DNA of 64,000 nt from Gemmatimonadota bacterium. GTDB taxonomy: Bacteria > Gemmatimonadota > Gemmatimonadetes > Palauibacterales > KS3-K002. Positions 8,759-18,718 of this stretch are shown piece after piece. Each line of letters begins with the position of its first letter. Position 1 is the stretch's first letter. The notes beneath the pieces are model-generated. The model made no database searches and was not told where the DNA came from. It saw only the letters and a list, made by a program, of their open reading frames with translations. Made by a program: the position numbers and the translations under genes. The stretch lies in the NCBI GenBank assembly GCA_039586795.1, contig JBDHJS010000032.1, positions 1 through 64,000 on the forward strand, read 5' to 3'.

Positions 8759-9145
8759 ATGGAAAACGCATACCGAGTCGTCCTTATCGACGACGACCCC
8801 GACCTCAGAAAACTGGTCAAGCTAACTCTAGAATTCACCGCCCAGTGGCAGGTATCGACAGCTGCCGACGGCGCGGAGGGCATCGATGCCGTCCGGAACG
8901 TAAGGCCTGACGTGGCCGTAGTCGATATCATGATGCCTGACATGGATGGCTACGAGGTATGCCGTCGTCTCAAGGCAGATCCGGAGACGGCCGATATCCC
9001 CGTGGTCTTTCTCACGGCGCGAAAGGAGCTGGATGAGGCCAAAGTCAAGGCCTGTGGGGCGCGTGGGGTAGTGGTGAAGCCGTTCGAGCCGGACCGTCTG
9101 GCCGAAGAGCTCACGAGACTGTGTGGAGAGGAGCCGGAATCGTGA
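8759..9145 (+). CDS. Single-domain response regulator
   Basis: IDDD, VDIMMP, LTA and KPF motifs. Confidence 0.92.
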   Translation: MENAYRVVLIDDDPDLRKLVKLTLEFTAQWQVSTAADGAEGIDAVRNVRPDVAVVDIMMPDMDGYEVCRRLKADPETADIPVVFLTARKELDEAKVKACGARGVVVKPFEPDRLAEELTRLCGEEPES

Positions 9146-9495
9146 CCGCATCGACGCCCGAAGAGGAGTTGCTGGAGCAGGTCTACAGGGAGTTTCGTGA
9201 GGGGCTGTCACAACGTCTCGACACGATGCGAGTAGCGTTGGAAGGACTGGCAGAGGCGTACTCCGAGGAGTCTGCGGAACTCTTCTATCGTACCGCTCAT
9301 TCGCTCAAGGGCACGGCCGCGTCCTTCGAGGCGACCGAGCTGGTTCAGCCCGCAACCACGTTGGCCGGGATCGGTCTCCCCTGGTACGACGGGGAAGTGC
9401 CGCAAGCCGAAGAGATCGAGGCTGCCCTCGAGAGTCTGGAGCAGCTCGGCGAGGCGGTACAGCGGTACACGGCTCGCATAGAGGGCGAAGGGTAG
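9142..9495 (+). CDS. Stand-alone Hpt phosphotransfer protein
   Basis: AHSLKG motif; GTGA overlap with the upstream stop. Confidence 0.88.
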   Translation: MTASTPEEELLEQVYREFREGLSQRLDTMRVALEGLAEAYSEESAELFYRTAHSLKGTAASFEATELVQPATTLAGIGLPWYDGEVPQAEEIEAALESLEQLGEAVQRYTARIEGEG

Positions 9496-9497
9496 AG

Positions 9498-11876
9498 ATG
9501 GATTCCGGATCCGGACCGCACGGCCTACATGCCGCACGGCTCGAGGTGGTTGGCGAGCTGGCGTCGCTGATCAACAGCACGTACGATCTCGACGAGATCT
9601 TCCACACTGCCATTCTCAAGCTCAAACGTGTGCTCCCATTCCGGCGGGCCAGCGTGGTTCTGACTTCGGACGACCGTTCGAGCTATTACCTGCACACGCT
9701 GTATGACGAGGAGCGGGGCGGCTTCGTTCAGGTCGAGGGTGGCTTCCCGATTGAAAGAGGTATGACGGGGCAGGCGATCGAGACGGGTAAAGCGATCAGG
9801 GTCGATTCGTTCGGTGGCACGGACGGGATTCGCACGAGCAAAGAAAGCAGTGTGTCGGCGCTCATCGTTCCGATCGAGGTCGACGAAGAGGTGATTGGGA
9901 CTCTGAACTTCGGCGTCCGGAAACCGGAGAAGTATGAGCAGCGGGACCTCGAGCTGGCGGTGCTGCTCGCTCGTCAGATCGCCACGTCCCTTCATTACTC
10001 CAAGTTGCTCGCAACAATCCGTGAACAGCAGGAAGCGCTGGCGGTGGAACACTCGCACGTCGAGTCAGAGCGTACGCGGCTGGAAGCGCTCATCGACGCC
10101 AGTGATGCGGCGGTGATGATGGTTGCCGATGACCGAGTTGCCCACGCCAACAACGGGATGGCAGAGCTTCTGGGCTTGCCGCGCGAGGTTGTGCTTGGCA
10201 TGTCGCTAACCGAGGTGAACCGAGTGCTTGCTCGCTCGCTTGCCGATGCGTCGGCGCTCGATGCGCAGACGGCATCGTTGCAGGGCGGTGCTCCGCTTAA
10301 CGACCGCGTCGAGTTTCACTTCCCACGACGATCCGTCTGCCAGAGGACGGTCGCGACCGTGACCGACGACGGGGGAGCGGCTATCGGCCACCTGGTGCTT
10401 TACAGAGACGTGACGAAGGAGGCCGAGGCCGAAGCTGCCAAGAGCGAGTTCGTTTCGCTGGTCAGCCATGAGCTCCGCACACCGCTCACCTCGGTGAAGA
10501 CGTCTCTTGGATTGCTGGCGCGCGGAGCCGCCGGGGATGTGAGTGACGAGGTCCGCGACCTGCTGGAAATAGCACTCCGCAACCTGGACCGGCTGATTCG
10601 TCTGGTGGATGATCTTCTCGATCTCTCGAGGATCGAGAGTGGTCGCATGGTGGCGAAGCTCACCGCGATCCCGCTTGACGAAGCGATGGACCGCAGTGTT
10701 GATGCGGTAGCGGGTTTCGCGAGCGAGCGAAATGTAACCATCGAGAGAGCTGATTCGGACGAGGGGCTCTCTGTTTTGGCCGATGCCGATCGCCTGCAAC
10801 AGGTCATCGTCAACCTGCTATCCAACGCCATCAAGTTCTCGTCGGAGAGAAGTCGAGTAGCGATTCGCTGGTGGAAACAGGGCGAGCAGGCGGTGATGGA
10901 AGTCTCTGACCAGGGCCCGGGGATACCCGAAGAACTTATCGAGGAGATCTTTGACAAGTTCCGCCAGTTGGAGCGAACGGCCACGCGAAAGTACGGAGGA
11001 GCCGGGCTGGGACTGGCGATTAGCCGCACGATCGTCGAACAGTTCGGGGGCGATCTGTGGGCCGAAAGCGAGGAGGGAAAAGGCGCGCGCTTCTTCATTC
11101 GGCTGCGACTGGCGTACGTCGAGCCGGAAGAACCATCCGTAGTGGTGGAGGAGCCTGCTCACCGAAGCGCTCTGCTGGTCCTCAACGATCCCGATCTGCA
11201 GCGACTGGTGGGCGCACAGTTCGAGAGCGAAGGCTGGGAGACGCATGTAACTGGGACGGGCTCATCAGCACTGAGCTGGGCGCGGGGCGGAACAACGAGC
11301 GCGATTGTGATTGGTGTTGAGCTCGAGGACATGCACGGACACGAGTTCTTGCAGCGGCTGCGAAGCTCAGCGGTCAGCGTAGACACGCCAGCCCTTCTGT
11401 TCGGCCCCGGAAGTGAGTCGGCTCAAGCCGTAGCATTTGGCGCCGATGGCTGGGTGGAAAGCGACACCGACCGACTGCTCAGTGAAGCGACGCGATTGGC
11501 CTTCTCACCAAAGCGTCGTGTGGTGCTTCTCATCGAGGACGACCCTGCGATTCGCGTTGGGCTGGCGCGCGGACTTCGTCGAGCCGGCTACGCGTGCCTC
11601 GAAGCGGCCAGCGGCGAGGTCGGGCTGGAGCTGGCGCGCGATCGAAGCCCCGATCTATTGGTCACCGATATTCAGGTGCCGGGCAAGGATGGTCTTACGG
11701 TATTGCGGGATTTCCGCGCCGATCCCAAGCTGGCAGACGTTCCGGCGATCGTCATCACGGGTCACGCCAATCCGGATCAGGTCGACTCGATCGCATCGCT
11801 TCAGGCGCAGTTGATCTCCAAGCCGTTCGGCACCGCGATGGTGCTCAAGGAAATAGAGCGACAGCTTGGCGCCTGA
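9498..11876 (+). CDS. Hybrid sensor histidine kinase (GAF-PAS-HisKA-HATPase-degenerate REC-REC)
   Basis: SHELRTPL, NLLSNAIKF, DQGPG and GAGLGL boxes; no transmembrane helix. Confidence 0.93.
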   Translation: MDSGSGPHGLHAARLEVVGELASLINSTYDLDEIFHTAILKLKRVLPFRRASVVLTSDDRSSYYLHTLYDEERGGFVQVEGGFPIERGMTGQAIETGKAIRVDSFGGTDGIRTSKESSVSALIVPIEVDEEVIGTLNFGVRKPEKYEQRDLELAVLLARQIATSLHYSKLLATIREQQEALAVEHSHVESERTRLEALIDASDAAVMMVADDRVAHANNGMAELLGLPREVVLGMSLTEVNRVLARSLADASALDAQTASLQGGAPLNDRVEFHFPRRSVCQRTVATVTDDGGAAIGHLVLYRDVTKEAEAEAAKSEFVSLVSHELRTPLTSVKTSLGLLARGAAGDVSDEVRDLLEIALRNLDRLIRLVDDLLDLSRIESGRMVAKLTAIPLDEAMDRSVDAVAGFASERNVTIERADSDEGLSVLADADRLQQVIVNLLSNAIKFSSERSRVAIRWWKQGEQAVMEVSDQGPGIPEELIEEIFDKFRQLERTATRKYGGAGLGLAISRTIVEQFGGDLWAESEEGKGARFFIRLRLAYVEPEEPSVVVEEPAHRSALLVLNDPDLQRLVGAQFESEGWETHVTGTGSSALSWARGGTTSAIVIGVELEDMHGHEFLQRLRSSAVSVDTPALLFGPGSESAQAVAFGADGWVESDTDRLLSEATRLAFSPKRRVVLLIEDDPAIRVGLARGLRRAGYACLEAASGEVGLELARDRSPDLLVTDIQVPGKDGLTVLRDFRADPKLADVPAIVITGHANPDQVDSIASLQAQLISKPFGTAMVLKEIERQLGA

Positions 11877-11918
11877 GAGGCAATCCACAACTAACGCCGC
11901 GTACGACAGGAAAGAGGA

Positions 11919-13622
11919 ATGGACAAGATTGTAGAATGCGTACCTAACTTCTCAGAAGGTCGCAGCGACTCCGTCATAAAGGAGATCACCGACGTAATAG
12001 AAGCCGTCGCTGGAGTCCGTTTGCTTGACGTGGATCCCGGTCGCGACACGAATAGGACGGTCGTGACCTTCGTCGGCGAGCCCGAGACTGTGGAGGAAGC
12101 GGCATTCCGAGCGGTGGAGCGTGCGTCTCAGGTGATAGACATGCGTCAGCATCAGGGGGCGCATCCGAGGTTCGGCGCCACCGATGTATGTCCTTTTGTT
12201 CCGGTATCCGGCGTCACGATGGACGATTGCGCGGAAATGGCGAGGCGCGTCGGAAAGCGAATCGGAGATGAGTTGGGGATTCCCGTGTATCTGTACGAGC
12301 ACGCGGCGAGCCGGCCCGAGCGCCAGAACCTGGCTAAGGTTCGGGCTGGAGAATATGAAGGGCTGCCTGAGAAGCTCAAAGATCCCAAGTGGGCGCCAGA
12401 TTTCGGGCCGGCCGAGTTCAATCCGACGGCAGGTGTTACGGCAGTCGGCGCGCGTGAATTTCTCATTGCCTACAACATCAATCTCAACACCACCGACCGG
12501 CGTTATGCCAACGAGATCGCTTACGTGATCCGTGAGCGTGGCCGGTGGAAAAGGGTGGGGAATACGGAGCCGTTCTACTATAAGGGCGATGTGGTTCGCT
12601 TTCCGGAGGATGGAACTTACCCCTGCGGCCCGTGCGGCTTCGTAGCGAGTTCTTTCGCCGAACTCGAAAAGCACTATCGAGACGAACATGGAGGCGATCT
12701 TCGTCAGCGCTACGAAGATCTGGCTATCGGTGTCGAGAACCCGAGCGGTCCGGTCTTCAACGACGGGAAGTTCACTAAGCGCGGGATCGTGATCACCGGC
12801 TCGGAGGTCGTCGGGGTGGTGCCTTACGAGGCGATGCGCGAGGCCGCCGTCTTCTATCTTAAGCGCATGCAGAAGTCGACGGGATTGCCGGTGCCGGATT
12901 TGATGGAGACGGCCATCCAGTCGATGGGGCTTCGCGATGTGGCGGCGTTCGACGCAGAAGAAAAAATCCTCGGTGTGCCACGTATGGATGGGCCGTTGGT
13001 CAATCGCTCGACCTATGACTTCGTCGATGAGGTGTCGCGCGACACGCCGGCGCCAGGCGGTGGATCGGTGGCGGCGCTCGCTGGAGCGTTGGGAGGTGCG
13101 TTGGCCGGGATGGTCGCGAACCTGTCGGTCGGCAAGGGAGAATTCGACCCGCACTATGAGAAGCTGTGCTCGATCGCTGAACGTGCTCAGCAGGTGAAGG
13201 ACGCTCTCGTGCGTGGCGTCGATGACGATACGAGCGCTTTCGATCTCGTGATTGAAGCGATGCGGATGCCGAAGGATACCGAGGAAGAAAGGGCTGTCCG
13301 TCAGGAAGCGATGCAGGTGGGGTATAAGGCGGCCACCCGGGTGCCGCTGAAGACGGTGGAGGACTGTCGACAGGCGCTCGACCTGTGTGTGGAGATGGCC
13401 GCGATCGCCGATCCGGAAATGGTCAGCGACGTCGGTACCGGCGCCCACATGGCCGGTGCCGGCGCTCATGCTGCTGCTTACAACGTGCGCATCAACCTGC
13501 GTCATATCTCCGATGATTCTTTCGTTGGTGAAATGCGATCAGCGGTCGAGCGACTGATTGGGGAGTGCGATGCTTTGAAGGCCGAGGCCGTGGCCAAGGT
13601 CGAGGAGGTGCTCGGCGGGTGA
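11919..13622 (+). CDS. ftcD: Glutamate formimidoyltransferase-cyclodeaminase, with a zinc-finger insertion and an apparent in-frame deletion
   Basis: ECVPNFSEGR, HPRFGATDVCPF and PAPGGGS motifs. Confidence 0.93.
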   Translation: MDKIVECVPNFSEGRSDSVIKEITDVIEAVAGVRLLDVDPGRDTNRTVVTFVGEPETVEEAAFRAVERASQVIDMRQHQGAHPRFGATDVCPFVPVSGVTMDDCAEMARRVGKRIGDELGIPVYLYEHAASRPERQNLAKVRAGEYEGLPEKLKDPKWAPDFGPAEFNPTAGVTAVGAREFLIAYNINLNTTDRRYANEIAYVIRERGRWKRVGNTEPFYYKGDVVRFPEDGTYPCGPCGFVASSFAELEKHYRDEHGGDLRQRYEDLAIGVENPSGPVFNDGKFTKRGIVITGSEVVGVVPYEAMREAAVFYLKRMQKSTGLPVPDLMETAIQSMGLRDVAAFDAEEKILGVPRMDGPLVNRSTYDFVDEVSRDTPAPGGGSVAALAGALGGALAGMVANLSVGKGEFDPHYEKLCSIAERAQQVKDALVRGVDDDTSAFDLVIEAMRMPKDTEEERAVRQEAMQVGYKAATRVPLKTVEDCRQALDLCVEMAAIADPEMVSDVGTGAHMAGAGAHAAAYNVRINLRHISDDSFVGEMRSAVERLIGECDALKAEAVAKVEEVLGG

Positions 13623-13900
13623 CTCCTGGGGAAGCGGCCGACGAGTTGCGCGAGGAGATCGAGGCCGCGCTCGTCGGCATCGGAAGAGCTTCTGCGGTGC
13701 GAGTCCAGTCTGTTGAGCCGCCGGAAGACCTCGGCGCCGATACTTGCTTCCAGGTCACCATCGTTAGCGAACGAGGCTCCGGAGCCTTTGATCTGCCCAC
13801 AGGTCTCGCCATGGCTTATCTAGCGGATGAGGAGGCTGCTGTAGATGAGTTCAAGCTCTGGTTGCAGTCACTCCTGGTCGGAAGAGACGACGTGGACTGA
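13619..13900 (+). CDS. Small acidic hypothetical protein
   Basis: GTGA overlap with the ftcD stop, GAGGAGG RBS. Confidence 0.65.
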   Translation: MTPGEAADELREEIEAALVGIGRASAVRVQSVEPPEDLGADTCFQVTIVSERGSGAFDLPTGLAMAYLADEEAAVDEFKLWLQSLLVGRDDVD

Positions 13901-14056
13901 GGCCGTCGGTGGTTCTTCTCTCGCAACCACGGTGGCGCAACTGAAGGTTTGTGAGTAGCTTACGAGGTCAGCCGAAGGCTGCACACCCGCCGTCCCGATG
14001 CCGAATGCTCAACCGAAGACCAAACCAAGACAGATGACTACCGGGCGGAGGCTAGG

Positions 14057-14500
14057 ATGCGTCGCACAACGCTTGAGGTAATCCTCCTCATCGCTTTCAT
14101 CGTCGCAGAAGGCGCGGTTCTCTACTATCTGGAAGATCCCGCGGCCCGACTCAGCATCGGCGTCCTTCTTCTCGCGCCTCTTGTGTGGCTTTCCTCTCGT
14201 CTGGGCCTGGCCGACCTGGCAAGCCAATCGCCGGCGGCGCGAATTCACAAGCGTCGGTTCACGCGACTCCGCGGGCAGGTGCAACAGTTACTCGATGAAA
14301 TCAGACGCCTCAACTGGATGGCGGTAGATGCCGAGCGCGGTTTCCGAAACCAGGACACGGCGCTGCGCGAGATGGACCTGATAGAAGATCGCCTGAAGGA
14401 GTTGATTCAGGAAATCAGAATCACCGCCGGTCAGATGGCGGCTGAGGCCGAGAGCAAGGTAGGTGTGGAAGATGCGGGGGAAGGGGCTCCGGCTACCTGA
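14057..14500 (+). CDS. Two-TM plus coiled-coil membrane protein
   Basis: GGAGG RBS; two hydrophobic helices; paralogous to 16168..16755. Confidence 0.8.
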   Translation: MRRTTLEVILLIAFIVAEGAVLYYLEDPAARLSIGVLLLAPLVWLSSRLGLADLASQSPAARIHKRRFTRLRGQVQQLLDEIRRLNWMAVDAERGFRNQDTALREMDLIEDRLKELIQEIRITAGQMAAEAESKVGVEDAGEGAPAT

Positions 14501-14581
14501 TCCACACGAAAGAGGCAGTGTCGCAACTCCCCCGCGCCTGAAAACGAGGCTGAACGCCCAGCACTCCAGTCGCAGGCATTC

Positions 14582-16039
14582 ATGAGTCCCAACATACTCG
14601 AGATATTCGCTTCCGATTCGCGCAAGTATCTGGATCGCCTACAGGACGCGTTGAACGCAGAAGGCGGGGCAGACATTGACGGTCTGCGTCGCGCCTCGCG
14701 GCGGCTGCACCATGCGGCGGTTCTGGCCAATCACGCGCCTGTCATCGACGCGGCCCAGGCCGTGCAGAAGGCGACGGTCCAAGTGATCGCGGGAAAGCGC
14801 GACCTGACCGATGACCTTCTCATCTCCTTGCAGTTAACCGTCGACGCCATGGATGCGGTAGTAAAATCTCTACCTGACGGTGATGGTCAGGCTGAGGATA
14901 GCCTGAGACAGGCGGCCGGTACGCTGATGAGTGGCCCGGCGGACGTGGCGATGGCGCCGGAGGTCGAAGTAGAGACGGGAGGGGATTCGGCGTCGGACAC
15001 ACTGGAGCTCGATGAAGCCGGCGCCGTGTTGGGCGCTTTGATCGACGACCTGGGTGACGCCATCGAGCGACTGGGTAACGATCCGCGAGACCGTGAACCG
15101 CTCAAGGTCATGCTGCGCAAGATCCGCCGGCTGCGCGACCTGGGCCGAATCGAAGTTCTGTCAGCAGAGGACAAGGCGTTGAGCGCGGTTGAGGAGTTGA
15201 TCCTGCAGATCGCAGATCTCAACGCGACCGTCGGTCCTGGCTACCTCACGGTATTCAGACACGCCAAGGAAGTACTTGAAGGGATGCAGGCGGACGATTC
15301 AGGGGCGCCGTCCGTCGATCAGGTCAGTGGGCGTGCGGTCGAAGTCGATCGTCTCAAAGAGAGCGTGATGGAAAAGGCGCGCCGGGCGCGCCTTGTCGTA
15401 TGGGTGAGCGATCTGTTCTTCCCGGAAGGGCCACACATAGTGGAATGCCCTACTGCAATAGACCAGGCTGGATCCGCGGAGAACTACTTCATGAAGGAGG
15501 CTTCGCAGCGCCTGGAGCGGTGCGAAAGCCTGCAAGAGAAGATGCTCGAGTCGAACCCCGAGCAGATGAGGTTGGCCGGGGAATCGCTGGCCCACACGCT
15601 CCGGCATCTGCGCGAACGTGCTGCGGCGTTCAACCATATGACGATGGGGCGCGTGACTCGACGCGCCGCCGCGGCCTTGCGCGCTCAACTCGTTAAACCG
15701 CCGTCCCAGGTTCGCGGCATCGCGGCCGGCCTCGGCGATGTGCTGGCCTCACTGAGGGTCTACCTTGAGAACGACGACGAGGCCGTGCGTGCGCAAGCCG
15801 TAAGAGATGCTGAAGCGGCTTTGAGCGTAGCGATTCTGGGGGGCGAGCCGCAGAGTGAACCGGAAGAACCAGAATTCGATCCGGACGCGGCACTACAGCA
15901 GGCGCTCGCACTCCGGACTCGGGTTGATGGAAGGCTCAAGCGGTTGAGCGGACCGGACGCCGAAGGTTTACGAAGCGATCTCGAAGAGCTCTTCGACCTG
16001 ATCGCGCTCTATGTGGCGGCGTCGGCCGAACACCACTGA
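14582..16039 (+). CDS. Helical protein with degenerate Hpt-like bundles
   Basis: N-terminus EIFASDSRKYLDRL...RRASRRLHHAA resembles CheA P1/Hpt; a similar unit NYFMKEASQRL...HTLRHLRERAAAF recurs. Confidence 0.7.
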   Translation: MSPNILEIFASDSRKYLDRLQDALNAEGGADIDGLRRASRRLHHAAVLANHAPVIDAAQAVQKATVQVIAGKRDLTDDLLISLQLTVDAMDAVVKSLPDGDGQAEDSLRQAAGTLMSGPADVAMAPEVEVETGGDSASDTLELDEAGAVLGALIDDLGDAIERLGNDPRDREPLKVMLRKIRRLRDLGRIEVLSAEDKALSAVEELILQIADLNATVGPGYLTVFRHAKEVLEGMQADDSGAPSVDQVSGRAVEVDRLKESVMEKARRARLVVWVSDLFFPEGPHIVECPTAIDQAGSAENYFMKEASQRLERCESLQEKMLESNPEQMRLAGESLAHTLRHLRERAAAFNHMTMGRVTRRAAAALRAQLVKPPSQVRGIAAGLGDVLASLRVYLENDDEAVRAQAVRDAEAALSVAILGGEPQSEPEEPEFDPDAALQQALALRTRVDGRLKRLSGPDAEGLRSDLEELFDLIALYVAASAEHH

Positions 16040-16080
16040 GCAATCGTCAATTGCCAGGTGGTAGATCCGCAGACAAAATC

Positions 16081-16121
16081 ACTCAGGGGAGCCGGAACTC
16101 ACGTTCTAGGCTCCCCCGAGT
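16081..16121. terminator. Hairpin between convergent genes
   Basis: ACTCAGGGGAGCC...GGCTCCCCCGAGT. Confidence 0.6.
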
Positions 16122-16167
16122 GTCTATCTGCATCCGTCCGCGCTGCCGATTAGGGTCCTGACGGATC

Positions 16168-16755
16168 TCAGTCTTCCTGCTTGCGCTTGTCAGATTCGTC
16201 TCGCTTCGCTATCGCCTGAGCCTCCAGGGCGTCAAGCATCCGGTCGGTGTCATCGGCTGGCGTCGGTGTGTCACCGTGTGCTTTGGGCATCACGACCTGT
16301 TGGCTGCTGACCGAAGGTGCTGCTTTCTCGGGAGGGGTCGGCACGCCGGCCGACTTGCGGATCTCGTCCGTCATTTCCCGCAATGTTGCTGCCATCCGGT
16401 CCAGTTCGGCATGAGCGTGGCGCGGAGCGATCTTACCCTCTCGCCCCTCCACGGCGACGCGGTTCATGTCTCGTACCTGGTCGAGCATGCGATCGGTGGT
16501 GGAGCGCAGACGGCCGTACTTTCGCCTGTCCAATCCGCCGCTCTTCTCCTGGATCTTGTCGAGCAGTGGATTCTCGACCTCAGGCTCTTCCCGGGCCTGC
16601 GATAGGTAGATAACGAACACGTAGATAATCAGGACAGCCAGAACGCGCAGGAAGGGGTCCGGAAGGACGATGATTGCCAGGGCGAGGAGGATGCCACCGA
16701 ACATGACAACCGCCCAGTTGATCACTCCGGTCTCGGCTGGCTTTCGCTCGGCCAT
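16168..16755 (-). CDS. Two-TM plus coiled-coil membrane protein
   Basis: ATG 16755 after GGAGG; paralogous to 14057..14500. Confidence 0.8.
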   Translation of the reverse strand: MAERKPAETGVINWAVVMFGGILLALAIIVLPDPFLRVLAVLIIYVFVIYLSQAREEPEVENPLLDKIQEKSGGLDRRKYGRLRSTTDRMLDQVRDMNRVAVEGREGKIAPRHAHAELDRMAATLREMTDEIRKSAGVPTPPEKAAPSVSSQQVVMPKAHGDTPTPADDTDRMLDALEAQAIAKRDESDKRKQED

Positions 16756-16941
16756 CGGTAAGGGCCTCCAGCTGGTCAAGGACTGTGGTCAGGCTCCGAG
16801 GGAGCGGCGGCAGGCTATAATACAATGCAACGGTACGGCCGGCAGCGCCAGTGTGGCGTGCGATTGCGCGAAAGGGGCTGGTTGTCCGATCTTCCTTTGT
16901 GTCTAGGCCGTGAGCGGCTCGACCATAACCTTGGAGCAGGC

Positions 16942-18699
16942 ATGGGCAAGGCACTACCCGCTGATGATCAAGTGATTCGCGTGGCGCTCTGCCAGCACAA
17001 CATGATCGTCGGCGACATCGACGGAAACGTTGGCAGGATCAGGCGTGCCCTGGCCGATGTCCGCGAAGTGGGTGCGGATCTGGTGCTCTTCCCGGAGCTC
17101 ACAGTCACAGGCTACCCGCCCGAGGACCTGCTGCTCAAGCCGCATTTCGCGGAAGAAGCTGAGGCGGCGCTGGCCGATCTGGCGGCTGATGTGCAGGATG
17201 TCGTCGCGATCATTGGCTTTCCGGAGCTGCACGATGACTTGTTCAACACGGCGGCCGTGGTCACTGGCGGCGAGGTCGCGGCGACCTACCGGAAGCGATA
17301 CCTGCCCAACTACGGGCCGTTCGATGAGCAGCGGTACTTCGCGCGGGGGGAAGAAGCTCTGGTGCTGGATATGGACGGCGTGAAGGTCGGTGTCACCATC
17401 TGTGAAGATCTCTGGTACCCCGGTGGTCCGGCGCAGTGGTCGGTGATCGACGGAAAAGCGGATGTGATCGTTAACATGTCAGCATCGCCGTACAGCCGGG
17501 GCAAGGGCATCTCCCGCGAGCAGATGCTCGCGACGCGATGTGAGGACTACCGCTGCTACCTGGCGTTCTGCAACACGGTGGGCGGCCAGGACGAGCTGGT
17601 GTTCGATGGACACAGCGTGGTGATCGATCCGCGCGGCGAAGTGCTCGGGCGCTGCCGGCAGTTCGAGGACGACACCTTGGTGATCGATCTCGACTTGCGC
17701 GGCGTATCGCGTCGTAGGCTGCACGATCCACGCTGGCGGCAGCGGCCGGCCGTTGCTGCCGAGCGAGTTCGAGTGGTGCCGGTTCGCCGGTCGCGGCGAC
17801 AGAAGCCGGAGCTCGAGGAACGTGTTTGGGTCGAGCCATTGGGGCCCGAGGCCGAAGTGTACGAAGCGCTCAAGTTCGGCACCAGAGAGTACTACAGAAA
17901 GAACGATTTCCAGCATGTCGTGCTTGGTCTGTCGGGTGGGATCGATTCTGCGTTGACATTGGCCGTCGCCGTCGATGCGCTGGGTGCGGACGCAGTAACC
18001 GCCGTGTCCATGCCGTCGCGTCACACGGCTGACCATAACCGTGAAGACGCGGTAGAGTGTGCACGTCGCGCTGGCGTCGAATTCCTCGAGATCCCTATCG
18101 ATGGGGTCTTCAATTGCTATCTGGATGCGCTGCAGGGTCCATTCGAGGGGACCCAATCAAACGTTGCCGAGGAGAACATACAGGCTCGCATTCGTGGTAA
18201 CCTGCTGATGGCGCTGTCCAACAAGTTCGGGTGGTTGGTGTTGGCGACGGGTAATAAGAGCGAGTACAGCGTTGGTTACGCCACCCTCTACGGTGATATG
18301 GCAGGGGGCTTCGCCGTCCTAAAAGACGTGCCAAAGACTTGGGTCTATCGGCTAGCTCGCTGGCGGAATGCAGAGAGACAGATCATGCCGGAAAGCGTGA
18401 TCGAAAAGGCACCGACAGCCGAGTTAAGGGAAGAGCAGCTGGATACAGACAACTTGCCGCCGTACGAGATTCTAGATCCGATTTTGGAGGCGTACGTGGA
18501 AGAAGATCGTGCGCCGGAGGAAATCGAGAAGCTCGGGTTCGATCGGAAGTTGGTCAATTCAGTAATCGAGATGATCGATAGGGCGGAGTATAAGCGCAGG
18601 CAAGCACCGCCCGGCATTCGTATCTCGGCGCGATCGTTTGGAAAGGACCGGCGCTTGCCGATCACCAACCGATATCGGCCGGCGAACGGTCCAGATTAG
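16942..18699 (+). CDS. nadE: Glutamine-dependent NAD+ synthetase
   Basis: Nitrilase domain (FPEL, ICED), SGGIDS, ATGNKSE and EYKRRQ motifs. Confidence 0.96.
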   Translation: MGKALPADDQVIRVALCQHNMIVGDIDGNVGRIRRALADVREVGADLVLFPELTVTGYPPEDLLLKPHFAEEAEAALADLAADVQDVVAIIGFPELHDDLFNTAAVVTGGEVAATYRKRYLPNYGPFDEQRYFARGEEALVLDMDGVKVGVTICEDLWYPGGPAQWSVIDGKADVIVNMSASPYSRGKGISREQMLATRCEDYRCYLAFCNTVGGQDELVFDGHSVVIDPRGEVLGRCRQFEDDTLVIDLDLRGVSRRRLHDPRWRQRPAVAAERVRVVPVRRSRRQKPELEERVWVEPLGPEAEVYEALKFGTREYYRKNDFQHVVLGLSGGIDSALTLAVAVDALGADAVTAVSMPSRHTADHNREDAVECARRAGVEFLEIPIDGVFNCYLDALQGPFEGTQSNVAEENIQARIRGNLLMALSNKFGWLVLATGNKSEYSVGYATLYGDMAGGFAVLKDVPKTWVYRLARWRNAERQIMPESVIEKAPTAELREEQLDTDNLPPYEILDPILEAYVEEDRAPEEIEKLGFDRKLVNSVIEMIDRAEYKRRQAPPGIRISARSFGKDRRLPITNRYRPANGPD

Positions 18700-18718
18700 C
18701 GCCCTGCTTCCCGAACAT

